NCBI GenBank assembly: GCA_024710195.1
Contig: JANJVH010000061.1
Span: forward strand, 1-45,628
Direction of reading: 5' to 3'
DNA length: 45,628 nucleotides
DNA from: Candidatus Rifleibacteriota bacterium
GTDB lineage: Bacteria > Muiribacteriota > Ozemobacteria > Ozemobacterales > Ozemobacteraceae
Shown: positions 1-9,411 of the stretch, piece by piece
Layout of the letters: every line of letters starts with the position of its first letter
Position numbering within the stretch: position 1 is the first letter of the stretch
Translations under genes and position numbers: made by a program
Notes under the pieces: model-generated
The model's input: only the letters and a program-made list of their open reading frames with translations
Databases searched by the model: none
Told to the model about the DNA's origin: nothing

Positions 1-269
1 CCGGCGATACTGGCCTGACCATGGAAATGAAGCTGATCGGCGAGTTTTTCAAGCCCGATCTGAGCTTTCTGCCTATCGGTGATCGTTACACCATGGGTGT
101 CGCATCAGCGGCGAAGGCGGTTGAGTTCGTGCAGACGCGGCGGGTGGTGCCGATTCATTACAACACTTTCGACTTGATCAACAGCGACCCGGTCGCGTTC
201 AAGGAAAAGGTCGGCGCTCTGGCCGAAGTGCTTATTCTAAAACCAGGCGAAGAATACAGCCTCGCTTAA
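1..269 (+). CDS. MBL-fold metal-dependent hydrolase (UPF0173/YtkL-like), C-terminal fragment; the gene starts upstream of the window
   Basis: The translation ...GDRYTMGVASAAKAVEFVQTRRVVPIHYNTFDLINSDPVAFKEKVGALAEVLILKPGEEYSL matches the conserved C-terminus of UPF0173 metallo-beta-lactamase-fold hydrolases (the HYNTF...ILKPGE motif). The ORF runs off the 5' edge of the window. Confidence 0.6.
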   Translation, partial: GDTGLTMEMKLIGEFFKPDLSFLPIGDRYTMGVASAAKAVEFVQTRRVVPIHYNTFDLINSDPVAFKEKVGALAEVLILKPGEEYSLA

Positions 270-340
270 GTGCGCGTTTGAACTTTGCTCAGAGTCACTA
301 ATTGCCACATATTAGTTCAAGGCTCGGCAATTTTTGAGTC

Positions 341-398
341 ATCCCTGCGGAAGCAGGGATCTAAGCCTTATCGATGAGATTCCCGCTTGCGCGGGAAT
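341..398. repeat. Pair of related 20-nt palindromic hairpin units (ATCCCTGC-GGAA-GCAGGGAT and ATTCCCGC-TTGC-GCGGGAAT) in a convergent intergenic region; REP-like
   Basis: Two perfect 8-bp stems with 4-nt loops lie 18 nt apart, and the two stems are related to each other in sequence. No T-run follows either on either strand, so they are unlikely to be simple intrinsic terminators. Confidence 0.4.
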
Positions 399-433
399 GA
401 CGAAAAACCCTGCAAATCTTGTGTGACAGTGGA

Positions 434-1738
<1,305 letters not shown>

Positions 1739-1825
1739 CGCTTCATACGCATCATTTTGCTGAACTGCGAGTTTGAAGGTGGCTGGGTAATGCTAGCGCA
1801 GGCATGAGTTTTCTTCAATGCTTTG

Positions 1826-1834
1826 TGCTATAAT
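1826..1834 (+). promoter_or_regulatory. Putative extended -10 promoter (TGcTATAAT) for the downstream hydrolase gene
   Basis: tgcTATAAT lies about 32 nt upstream of the ATG at 1866, in the divergent hflX/hydrolase intergenic region. Confidence 0.35.
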
Positions 1835-1865
1835 TTTCTAAACCTTTCTGCAGCCGGCCGTCGGC

Positions 1866-2621
1866 ATGCAGAATTTTGCGGAGGCTGGTGTGGCATTTCA
1901 GAGAACTTTTCATCTTCCCGGGCTCGATCTTGAGGCTTTGTGCGCCGGTGACCAGAATCATCATTCTGCTGTCATCATTCTTCACGGTCTGGGGGTTTCA
2001 AAAGAAGTTCAGCTGCCGGAACTCCAGCGTCTCAGAGCTTCGGGGTTTTTCGCCATCGCCGTCGATGCACCGCATCACGGTTCACGCCAGGATGGTCTGC
2101 TCGAAATATTCAGGGAACAGGCTGGCCATGCCCGGCATCATCTGCTGCTTTCGATCGTGCTGCAGCATGCTTCCGAAGTCAATCAGCTGATGCAGCAATT
2201 GCGCGCGAGCGGCAAAAAAGTCTGTGTTGTCGGCATTTCGATGGGCGGGCACGTGGCGTTTACGCAGCTGCGTATGGCCGAGAAGCCTGATCTTATCGCT
2301 CCTTTCATCGCCACGCCTGATTTTAGAACCCGTGAGCCGGCAGGCTTACTGCCGCCCAGCCCGGCAGAAACCTGTGGTCCGGCCGATCATATCGATGAAG
2401 TTTTTCCGGCTTCTCTGTTCATGGTTGCTGCCGGCAGTGATACTGTCGTCAGACCCGAGGCGGTGCGGGGCTTTGCTGAAAAGCTGCGACCGTTGTATCA
2501 GAGTGCACCTGAAAAGTTAGAGTATCACGAATACGAACTTTCTGAGCACATGATGCGGCCGGCCGACTGGTTCGACGCCTGGGAAAAATTCACCGAACGT
2601 CTGCAGCGCGAAGGCTTCTGA
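1866..2621 (+). CDS. alpha/beta-fold hydrolase (esterase/dienelactone-hydrolase-like)
   Basis: 251 aa. Contains HGLG (oxyanion region), the GISMGGHVAF nucleophile-elbow motif (GxSxG) and a C-terminal His. Its stop overlaps the start of the next gene (TGATG). Confidence 0.6.
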   Translation: MQNFAEAGVAFQRTFHLPGLDLEALCAGDQNHHSAVIILHGLGVSKEVQLPELQRLRASGFFAIAVDAPHHGSRQDGLLEIFREQAGHARHHLLLSIVLQHASEVNQLMQQLRASGKKVCVVGISMGGHVAFTQLRMAEKPDLIAPFIATPDFRTREPAGLLPPSPAETCGPADHIDEVFPASLFMVAAGSDTVVRPEAVRGFAEKLRPLYQSAPEKLEYHEYELSEHMMRPADWFDAWEKFTERLQREGF

Positions 2622-3394
2622 TGTTCAGTTTTTCGCCCATCGGCTACATGCGCTGCAGTCGCGGCTACCACCAGGAACAGCCGATGCAGGGCGTTCTTTC
2701 TGAATCCGAGGGCCATATCGAGCTGGTAAAGGGCTTTAACTACGAGCAGGGCCTTAAAGATCTCGAAGGTTTCGACCGGGTCTGGCTGCTGTATGTTTTT
2801 CATCACAACAGCAGCTGGAAACCTCTTACCAATCCGCCATACTCCGACGGGCAGGGTCGCAAGGGCGTTTTCGCGACCCGTTCGCCTTATCGCCCAAATC
2901 CGCTCGGGCTCAGCTGTGTCGAACTGAAGCGCATCAGCGGCAACCGCGTCTATGTCGCTGGTTCAGATCTGTTGAACAATACGCCGGTTCTCGATATCAA
3001 GCCTTATATCTGTGAATATGACAGTTTTCCGGGGTCGCGGCGTGGCTGGCTCGAAAATGTCATCAAAGAAAAATATGCTATCGACTTCAGCGCTGCTGCT
3101 GCCAGTCAGCTTGATTTTCTCAGCCGCCGGGGTGTAGACCTGGCCGGGGTCATAGATACGCAGCTGGGGCATAATCCTTTTGATGCAACGCGTAACAAAT
3201 TCGTTAAAACCGATGCGGGTGGAATTTTGCGCTTCAGAAGCTGGCGTATTCATTTCAGGTCTGACGAACGGCAGATTTTTGTCGATAGAATAGTATCGGG
3301 TTATGAAAGCTTCGATCGGCTGCTCGGCGACGACAGCAGCAGCGATCAGGCGGTTCATCGCGAGTTCTGCCGGCTTTTTCCTGAGGCTGGCTGA
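2621..3394 (+). CDS. trmO: tRNA (N6-threonylcarbamoyladenosine) methyltransferase TrmO/TsaA (YaeB family)
   Basis: 257 aa. Carries TsaA-like domain motifs: RSPYRPNPLGLSCVELK and DLLNNTPVLDIKPY. It has a roughly 90-aa C-terminal extension. Confidence 0.75.
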   Translation: MFSFSPIGYMRCSRGYHQEQPMQGVLSESEGHIELVKGFNYEQGLKDLEGFDRVWLLYVFHHNSSWKPLTNPPYSDGQGRKGVFATRSPYRPNPLGLSCVELKRISGNRVYVAGSDLLNNTPVLDIKPYICEYDSFPGSRRGWLENVIKEKYAIDFSAAAASQLDFLSRRGVDLAGVIDTQLGHNPFDATRNKFVKTDAGGILRFRSWRIHFRSDERQIFVDRIVSGYESFDRLLGDDSSSDQAVHREFCRLFPEAG

Positions 3395-3464
3395 GGTGTG
3401 TTGCGTGCCGTGCCGAAAGCTGTCACCAGCCGGCCGGTGATTTCAAAAATGCGGAGGAATTCTG

Positions 3465-3866
3465 ATGGGAACTCTTGTAACTGTTGGTGTTAATACCCTG
3501 GCTTTTTACCTTATTTCGAAGCTGGTGCCCGGGTTTAAAATCAAAGATGAGAAGACGGCGCTGATCATGGCGCTGGCTTTCAGTTTTCTGATGTTTGTCG
3601 GAACGCTGCTGGTGGCACCGTTTTTGATCATTGTCACCATTCTGCTTTCGGTTATTTCGATTGTACCGATAATTGGGCCGCTTCTCGCCGGCTCGGGGAT
3701 TCTGGTGACGACTTTTCTCGTGAGTTTTGGCCTGACCGCAATAATGCTGATTGCCATCGACAAAATGCTCGAAGATTTCGAAATGTCGTCGAAGCAGGTG
3801 GCGCTGGTCGCTTCGTTTCTGCTTGCGGTTTTGAATGTCGTCATCAGGGGCTTTCTCGGGGTTTAA
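3465..3866 (+). CDS. phage-holin-4_2 (DUF360, YvlD-like) small membrane protein
   Basis: 133 aa with 4 predicted TM helices. The N-terminal LISKLVPGFKI motif is typical of the Phage_holin_4_2 family. Confidence 0.55.
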   Translation: MGTLVTVGVNTLAFYLISKLVPGFKIKDEKTALIMALAFSFLMFVGTLLVAPFLIIVTILLSVISIVPIIGPLLAGSGILVTTFLVSFGLTAIMLIAIDKMLEDFEMSSKQVALVASFLLAVLNVVIRGFLGV

Positions 3867-4066
3867 GCAGAACAACAGCACAAATTCCAGAATTTTAACG
3901 GTAAAACCAATCAGGGTGCGGTTGCTGTGTTTCTTGCCCGATTTGTGACCAATGAGCGGTCAGATGTGCTATCATTAGATAACAACCTTTAATCAGCGGT
4001 CGCCTGAGATATGCCGATTCATGTTTCTTCTGATCAAAGTTGCATCTTATTCAAGGAGCCACAGAC

Positions 4067-4228
4067 ATGACTGGCAAGACCGGTGAACGTGTTGTAATTG
4101 GCGGCATCTACAAATGCCAGGAGCACCCCGAAGCGACGAAAACCTTCATCAAGGGAACGGTTTTTCTGCCCTGCGGTCGAGCAGGCAGCCACGGAACCAC
4201 CTGGATCCTGGTGAGAAAAACGCCCTGA
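4067..4228 (+). CDS. YjzC-like small protein (about 53 aa)
   Basis: ATG at 4067 is preceded by AAGGAG with a 8-nt spacer. The translation MTGKTGERVVIGGIYKCQEHPEATKTFIKGTVFLPCG resembles the YjzC family (G-x-YxC...G-FP). The ORF-track start at 4040 is an upstream TTG. Confidence 0.4.
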   Translation: MTGKTGERVVIGGIYKCQEHPEATKTFIKGTVFLPCGRAGSHGTTWILVRKTP

Positions 4229-4251
4229 AACGCTGAAAATAGAGCTTTAGA

Positions 4252-4291
4252 ATGCCTGAGGTCGTAATTACGGCTTCAGGCATCTTTTTTT
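4252..4291 (+). terminator. Rho-independent terminator after the yjzC-like gene
   Basis: The hairpin ATGCCTGAGGTCGTAA/TTACGGCTTCAGGCAT is followed by TTTTTTT. Confidence 0.55.
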
Positions 4292-4300
4292 GCACAGGTA

Positions 4301-4329
4301 TTGCACTTTTTCAAGCAAAGTTATAAAAT
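4301..4329 (+). promoter_or_regulatory. sigma70-like promoter TTGCAC-N17-TAAAAT for the zinc-finger mini-protein gene
   Basis: The -35 TTGCAC (4301-4306), a 17-nt spacer, and the -10 TAAAAT (4324-4329) are followed by a GGAGGA RBS and the ATG at 4360. Confidence 0.4.
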
Positions 4330-4359
4330 AATACATAGATATACGGAGGATGCACGAGG

Positions 4360-4575
4360 ATGAGTCACGAATGTACCAAGTGCCGGGGAACCGGAAAGTG
4401 TCCTGTCTGTGGGGGTTCTGGTAAGTTTGTCGAAGGCATCATTGCCGCCAGCAACATGTTCAAGGAGAAAGACATCTGTCCATTCTGCCGCGGAAACCAG
4501 AAGTGCAGCACCTGCAGAGGTATCGGTCAGATAGCTGTCGAAGGGCATGGGCTGTTGCGCCCGCGTTTCGGCTGA
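4360..4575 (+). CDS. standalone DnaJ-type cysteine-rich zinc-finger protein (4x CxxCxGxG), 71 aa
   Basis: CTKCRGTG, CPVCGGSG, CPFCRGNQ and CSTCRGIG form four CxxCxGxG repeats, as in the DnaJ CR domain. A GGAGGA RBS precedes the start. Confidence 0.6.
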   Translation: MSHECTKCRGTGKCPVCGGSGKFVEGIIAASNMFKEKDICPFCRGNQKCSTCRGIGQIAVEGHGLLRPRFG

Positions 4576-4583
4576 GAACCGGG

Positions 4584-5351
4584 TTGTTTAAATCAGTTTT
4601 ACGAATACTGCCAGCAGTTTTGCTGGCGGTGTTTCTGCTTTCGTCGGCTTTTGCAGCTGAAATCAGAGTTTACCGGCTCAATTATGCCCGACCTGAGTCG
4701 GTTGCTGCCGTCTGCACCAGTATTTTCGGCGGTCAGGGCACCTTTGTCGCTTCGGCGAATATCAATGCACTTGTCGTCAACACCGACGACAAAGAGCTTT
4801 TCAGGGAAATAGAGAAGCTGGTCGCGGCGCTTGACCGCAAGCCTGCTACGCTGCGCTTCTCGGTGCAAAGCCTTGGTGAGAGTCTCGAAACACAGCATCG
4901 ACTTAAAGCCGGGCCGGGTCGTGGGCCCGGATTCAATACTACCAGCAGTCGGTCATCGCGCAGTTCGCAACGAAGCGTGCTGGCGCTGGAATTTGCCAAA
5001 GCCGCTTTTACCGACGACCAGATCAGAATTTATTCGTTTCCGGGCTGGTATGGTGATGAGACCCATGTTCTGACGATTTCACACGGTATGAAGGTTTCGG
5101 GCCATGTTACCGAGGCCGGTCGCATCATGGTGCAGGTCTGGTATGCCGAAGACAGCGGCAGCGACACTGAGCAGCTGCTTACAGAGCTCGAAGTCGAGCC
5201 CGGCCAGTGGGTAGAATTTGGGGGCCTGACTCAGGGCGGCGCTGACCGTTCGCGCGCGACTGAGATTGGCAAAGACGGCGGTATCAACCTGAAAAAGGGT
5301 CGGGTTCAGACCGATCGCAGGTTTGCCATACGCGTTGATATGATCAGGTGA
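4584..5351 (+). CDS. secreted protein with a secretin-N (NolW-like) domain
   Basis: A putative TTG start at 4584 gives a signal peptide MFKSVLRILPAVLLAVFLLSSAFA. This is followed by IRVYRLNYARPESVAAVCTSIFGG...ASANINALVVNTDDKELFREIEKLVAALDRKPATLRFSVQSL, the pattern of the Secretin_N domain of GspD/PilQ. There is no secretin C-domain. The start codon is uncertain. Confidence 0.5.
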   Translation: MFKSVLRILPAVLLAVFLLSSAFAAEIRVYRLNYARPESVAAVCTSIFGGQGTFVASANINALVVNTDDKELFREIEKLVAALDRKPATLRFSVQSLGESLETQHRLKAGPGRGPGFNTTSSRSSRSSQRSVLALEFAKAAFTDDQIRIYSFPGWYGDETHVLTISHGMKVSGHVTEAGRIMVQVWYAEDSGSDTEQLLTELEVEPGQWVEFGGLTQGGADRSRATEIGKDGGINLKKGRVQTDRRFAIRVDMIR

Positions 5352-5353
5352 TA

Positions 5354-6277
5354 TCAGAAAATCGAGATGCCGGTGCGCGTCGTGAAGAGCTCGAGCGCTT
5401 TCATGCCGACCAGTGAGTTGCCATGCCGGTTCAGTTCAGGTGACCAGACGCAGATGCTGAACATCTTCGGAACCACGGCAACGATGCCGCCACCGACGCC
5501 GCTTTTGCCCGGCAGTCCGGCGCAGAAAGCAAACTCGCCCGATTCGTTGTAGAGGCCGCAGGTCTGCATCAAGGCATTGACGCGCTTTGCCTGGCTCTGG
5601 GTTAGAATCTGCTCACCATTTAAGGGATTAATGCCGCCATTCGCAAGGAAACTGAAGGCCCGCGCCAGGTCGACGCAGCTCATCATCAGCCCGCACTGAT
5701 GAAAATAGGCGTTGAGAACCGCCTCGACATCGTTTTCGATGTTGCCGAAGCTTTTCATGAAGTTTACCAGAGCGGCATTGCGATAGCCGGTCTCGCGCTC
5801 AGAATTGGCGACAACACTGTCGTAGCTGGTTTTCGGGTTTCCGGCCAGGCCCCTGACATAACTGAGAATGTCTTTGAGCGGGTTTTTGCTGATCGAAAGC
5901 AGGCAGTCGGTCGATACGAGTGCCCCGGCATTGATGAACGGGTTACGCGGAATGCCGTTCTCGTGCTCGAGTTGAACCAGTGAGTTGAACGAATTACCCG
6001 ATGGCTCGCGCCCCATGCGTGACCAGAGCTTGTCGCCCCAGGCCCGGAAAACCATCGAAAATACAAAAACTTTTGAAATGCTCTGAATTGAAAAGGGAAC
6101 CAGCGCATCGCCCGCCTGAAAAGTCTTGCCGTCAAGCGTCTGTACTGCAATACCAATCTGATTCGGGTCTACTTCGGCCAATGCGGGAATATAGTCGGCG
6201 ACCCGGCCCTTGCCGATCAGGCTTCTGGTTTCGCTGAGAATTTCTTCGATACAGGTCTGAAAATCGATGTTATTCAT
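5354..6277 (-). CDS. glsA: glutaminase A
   Basis: 307 aa with glutaminase family motifs throughout: YIPALA, SISKVF and the serine-dependent beta-lactamase-like fold. Confidence 0.9.
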   Translation of the reverse strand: MNNIDFQTCIEEILSETRSLIGKGRVADYIPALAEVDPNQIGIAVQTLDGKTFQAGDALVPFSIQSISKVFVFSMVFRAWGDKLWSRMGREPSGNSFNSLVQLEHENGIPRNPFINAGALVSTDCLLSISKNPLKDILSYVRGLAGNPKTSYDSVVANSERETGYRNAALVNFMKSFGNIENDVEAVLNAYFHQCGLMMSCVDLARAFSFLANGGINPLNGEQILTQSQAKRVNALMQTCGLYNESGEFAFCAGLPGKSGVGGGIVAVVPKMFSICVWSPELNRHGNSLVGMKALELFTTRTGISIF

Positions 6278-6292
6278 AGGCTGCTATGGCTG

Positions 6293-6814
6293 TCAGCACT
6301 TAACGCCGCTGGTTTCGCAGCTGCCGTCGCAGTTGTGACCGATTTCACCGGCAGTCAGCCCCAGGTATTCGCTGAGACGGCCATCGGCCTTCATCTGTTC
6401 GAATTCGGCGTCAGAAGTGACAATGCCGGCTTTTTTGAAAAGCCGCTTGAGAATTGCGTCCTGAATCGCCAGCTGCAGAGACCTGACCGCCAGCAGTGAG
6501 CAGTGGATCTTGCTTTCGGGCAGGCCGTCGAGCGCATCGACAACCTGCTGGTCGGTTATCTTGAGTGCATCTTCAATGCGCAGACCTTCGGCAATTTCAG
6601 CGGTGATGCTGGTGGTGGCAATCGCTGCCGGGCAGCCTTTGATGCGATACCTGATGGTTTCGACTTTCTGATTGTCTTCAGAAATGTAGACGGTCATTTC
6701 GACAAAATCACCGCAGTCGGGGTCGCCGATCATGCCGATACCGTGGTAATTTTCGAGGTGGCCGGTGCGGGTCGGGTTATAAAAATGCTGCATGACTTTG
6801 GCGCTGTAATTCAT
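6293..6814 (-). CDS. IscU/NifU-like Fe-S cluster scaffold protein with a Cys-rich C-terminal extension
   Basis: The N-terminal 125 aa match IscU (GDPDCGD, GCPAAIATTS, KIHCSLLA: three Cys ligands). The C-terminal approximately 45 aa end with HNCDGSCETSGVKC. A GGAG RBS precedes the start. It lies 15 nt upstream of glsA on the same strand. Confidence 0.8.
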   Translation of the reverse strand: MNYSAKVMQHFYNPTRTGHLENYHGIGMIGDPDCGDFVEMTVYISEDNQKVETIRYRIKGCPAAIATTSITAEIAEGLRIEDALKITDQQVVDALDGLPESKIHCSLLAVRSLQLAIQDAILKRLFKKAGIVTSDAEFEQMKADGRLSEYLGLTAGEIGHNCDGSCETSGVKC

Positions 6815-6880
6815 TTTTCTCTGGCTCCATCTGCGGCGAAAACAGAATGATTTTCGTCAGAAATTTTGTGACTGGCTATT

Positions 6881-7219
6881 TTAGAAGAGCGTGTCACACA
6901 GCTGGTCATTAACGGCCTGCAGGGCAGCTTCAACCGCTGATGTGTCGCCGTATACGGCGATCAGGGTCATGTGGGTTGGGCAGACGCCACGAATCTCGGC
7001 GACTTGCACTGCCGCTGCCTTTTCTGCGATGTCAGAAGCGGCGAGAATGGCCGAAACCGGGCCCTGAATCAGGCCGACGGCGTCGGTCGGCTGTTTGTAT
7101 TTTTCAAAATACTGATTATCGACGCGGCGACCTTCGAGAATCGCCCAGAAACCCTTTGATGGGCGCTTTACCAATCTGATGGTGACGCCAATGCTGCGAT
7201 TGCTGTTGAATTCGTTCAT
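6881..7219 (-). CDS. EutS/PduU-type (circularly permuted) bacterial-microcompartment shell domain protein
   Basis: 112 aa. DAVGLIQGPVSAILAASDIAEKAAAVQVAEIRG...LIAVYGDTSAVEAALQAV aligns with BMC-domain consensus and with EutS (GDVSAVEYALKQV). A GAGGGA RBS precedes the start. Same strand as the IscU-like gene and glsA. Confidence 0.5.
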   Translation of the reverse strand: MNEFNSNRSIGVTIRLVKRPSKGFWAILEGRRVDNQYFEKYKQPTDAVGLIQGPVSAILAASDIAEKAAAVQVAEIRGVCPTHMTLIAVYGDTSAVEAALQAVNDQLCDTLF

Positions 7220-7303
7220 TTCTTTCCCTCTTTGGGCCGGCTTTGCAGCCGTGCCCGGTTTTCTGGCACCGGCTGGAATTATAGCACAAATCGCCGTCAG
7301 GCT

Positions 7304-7340
7304 AAAATAAAACTCCCCCGCAGCGATTGCCGCAGGGGAG
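7304..7340 (-). terminator. Rho-independent terminator of the secreted-protein gene (minus strand)
   Basis: A GC-rich imperfect hairpin CTCCCCCGCAGCG/CGCAGGGGAG is followed on the minus strand by TTTTATTTT. Confidence 0.45.
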
Positions 7341-7354
7341 CACTTGAGCGGTGC

Positions 7355-7963
7355 TTATTTGTCGGTGTAATTAACGATGATGAAGGTCACTTCGTCAGCG
7401 CTTTTGCCGTCATTTTTGAAGTTCACGACGATCGGGTTGATGTCGTTGCCGCTGAAGTAGCCGCCCTTGAAGGCGTAATCAAGGTAGATGTTGATGGTGA
7501 ACAGCAGCAGATCTTTTTCATATTTGTGCAGGAACTGGCGGAAATTGTTGACGTTTTCTGCTTTCCAGGCCGGTGAGAGGTAATCCTGGTTGATCAGGTC
7601 GATGAGGTTGCCCATGTTGGCGGCTTCGACGACGTGCTCGTCCATGCCTTTGCCTTTTTCATGATATTCTTCATCGAGGAAACGGTTTACAGCCTGGGCG
7701 AGAATGATGTCGGCATCGCGTTCGCGTTCTTCGCGGCTCGGGAAAACCTGCATGCTTGAGCCATCAGCTTTGTGCCAGTAGGTGATCTGGTAGCGTACGG
7801 CGTTTTCAAAGTTGGCAGGCGCTTCGATGCGGCGTAGTTCGACGTCGTTGTAGGAGAAATTGTCTGACGCAAAGCCCGACTGCATAGTTGCGGCCAGCAT
7901 GAGAATCATAACAAAAAGACAGCGGAAAGACACTTTGCGTATGGTGGTGTACACGGGAGACAT
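7355..7963 (-). CDS. secreted hypothetical protein
   Basis: ATG at 7963 with an AAGAGG RBS. The signal peptide is MSPVYTTIRKVSFRCLFVMILMLAATMQSGFA. The region upstream in the ORF track lacks an RBS. No recognisable domain. Confidence 0.5.
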   Translation of the reverse strand: MSPVYTTIRKVSFRCLFVMILMLAATMQSGFASDNFSYNDVELRRIEAPANFENAVRYQITYWHKADGSSMQVFPSREERERDADIILAQAVNRFLDEEYHEKGKGMDEHVVEAANMGNLIDLINQDYLSPAWKAENVNNFRQFLHKYEKDLLLFTINIYLDYAFKGGYFSGNDINPIVVNFKNDGKSADEVTFIIVNYTDK

Positions 7964-8518
7964 TACAAAACCTCTTAATACATTGCTCCGGACGGTTTGC
8001 TCTGACGAGTTGCTCCGGGTTTTTTTGTGTGACGCGTAGTATAGCAAATATTGTGCCATCTTGCAACCCACATTTTTTATATCGGCATTTTTTACAAAAG
8101 TTTAGAGTCTTTTTATGCCTTTTTTTGTCTGAGTTTGTTTAAGTTTGTCTGTTTTTGTCCGGATCATCCTGTCATTCCCGCAGAAACATGAATTCCGGAT
8201 GATAAGCTGCACCGCCGAATCTGTGAAAAATATTCAATACACTCTTGTATAGATCCCTGATTTGCTTTTCGGGGGCAAAAGCGAAGGGGTTGCGTGGCAA
8301 TGTTTATTTTGCCTGTGAGATTTTGCCCGGCTGTGTTCAGAAAGTGTACATTCTGGTTAAATTTTGAGCAGAGTTTTTTCTAAGGCATCGGGCAGAAATA
8401 GCCTGGTCAGGTATACTGCTCCGGATGTCATAGGAGCCCGAAGCAAAAAAAATGCACGATTCCTAAATCCGTTCGGTTATTTCTGCGTTACTTTGATTAA
8501 CCGCAACAGGGGGAAATT

Positions 8519-9298
8519 ATGAGAACCAGGCAAATGTTGTTGTTTCTGGTGTTTCTTTGTTTGACTACATTCACCGGCACTCTGGCAGAGCGCTCTATCG
8601 TTCCGCCTTACGAGCCGATCGACAATCTGGTGCGGGTGACCGTAATCGGCGATGAGCGTGGGCCGCTGAGCGCTTACCCGGCGTACCGTTACGAAAAATA
8701 CATGCCTGATTCACGTCTGCGCATCACTGCTCGCCAGGGTGAACGCTATTCGATCAGGGTTACCAATACCTCGCGCCGCCGGATTGCACTGACGATTTCG
8801 GTAGATGGTCTGAATATCATCTCAGGCCAGCGCAGCTATGGCGGTTCAAACGAGAGTATGTATGTGCTCAACCCCGGCCAGACTGGTGATTTCGCCGGTT
8901 GGCGGTCGGGCATGAGTCATGTGCAGAGATTCTATTTTACCAGTGCCGGTGATTCCTACGCCGGTCGGCTTGGGCAAAGCGACCAGCTGGGACTGATCAG
9001 AATCGTTGCCTACAGTGAACGCCGTCCGGTGGCATACCTGCCTTACGACTCGCTCAGAAGATCAGAGGCTGAAAGTAAAAGTATGGTCGAAAGCGCCCCC
9101 GGTACCGGTTATGGCGAAAGTTCATGGTCGCCGGTCAGCGAAACCGACTTTAACCCGGAATCATACCCGGGTCAGACCGTCGAAATAAAATACGAATGGT
9201 CGGCACCGCGCTACTACGACCACGACCACGACCATGACCATGACCATGATTACGATCACCCGCACCGCGATTTTGCCGAACCGCCACCGGGTCGCTGA
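8519..9298 (+). CDS. secreted protein with a C-terminal (Asp-His)n metal-binding-like tail
   Basis: Signal peptide MRTRQMLLFLVFLCLTTFTGTLA. A GGGGGA RBS precedes the start. The C-terminus YYDHDHDHDHDHDYDHPH is encoded by a GACCAC/GACCAT hexanucleotide tract at about 9222-9265. Confidence 0.55.
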   Translation: MRTRQMLLFLVFLCLTTFTGTLAERSIVPPYEPIDNLVRVTVIGDERGPLSAYPAYRYEKYMPDSRLRITARQGERYSIRVTNTSRRRIALTISVDGLNIISGQRSYGGSNESMYVLNPGQTGDFAGWRSGMSHVQRFYFTSAGDSYAGRLGQSDQLGLIRIVAYSERRPVAYLPYDSLRRSEAESKSMVESAPGTGYGESSWSPVSETDFNPESYPGQTVEIKYEWSAPRYYDHDHDHDHDHDYDHPHRDFAEPPPGR

Positions 9299-9358
9299 TT
9301 TCAGCGGCTGGAAAACACCAGCAATCTGGCGACAGAAGAGAAAATAGATCGCATTGCG

Positions 9359-9392
9359 AAGAAACCGGGCCATTGGCCCGGCTTCTTATTTC
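9359..9392 (+). terminator. Rho-independent terminator
   Basis: The 13-bp stem AAGAAACCGGGCC/GGCCCGGCTTCTT has one mismatch and is followed by ATTT. Confidence 0.55.
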
Positions 9393-9411
9393 GACTGGTT
9401 AAATAAATGTG

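Noticed and set aside
8072-8518. 447-bp non-coding region examined for a riboswitch, sRNA or small gene
   Set aside because: Only short imperfect inverted repeats were found (for example ATCATCC/GGATGAT, GCTTTT/AAAAGC). There is no terminator-like hairpin with a T-tract and no ORF with an RBS. It is probably a divergent promoter region.
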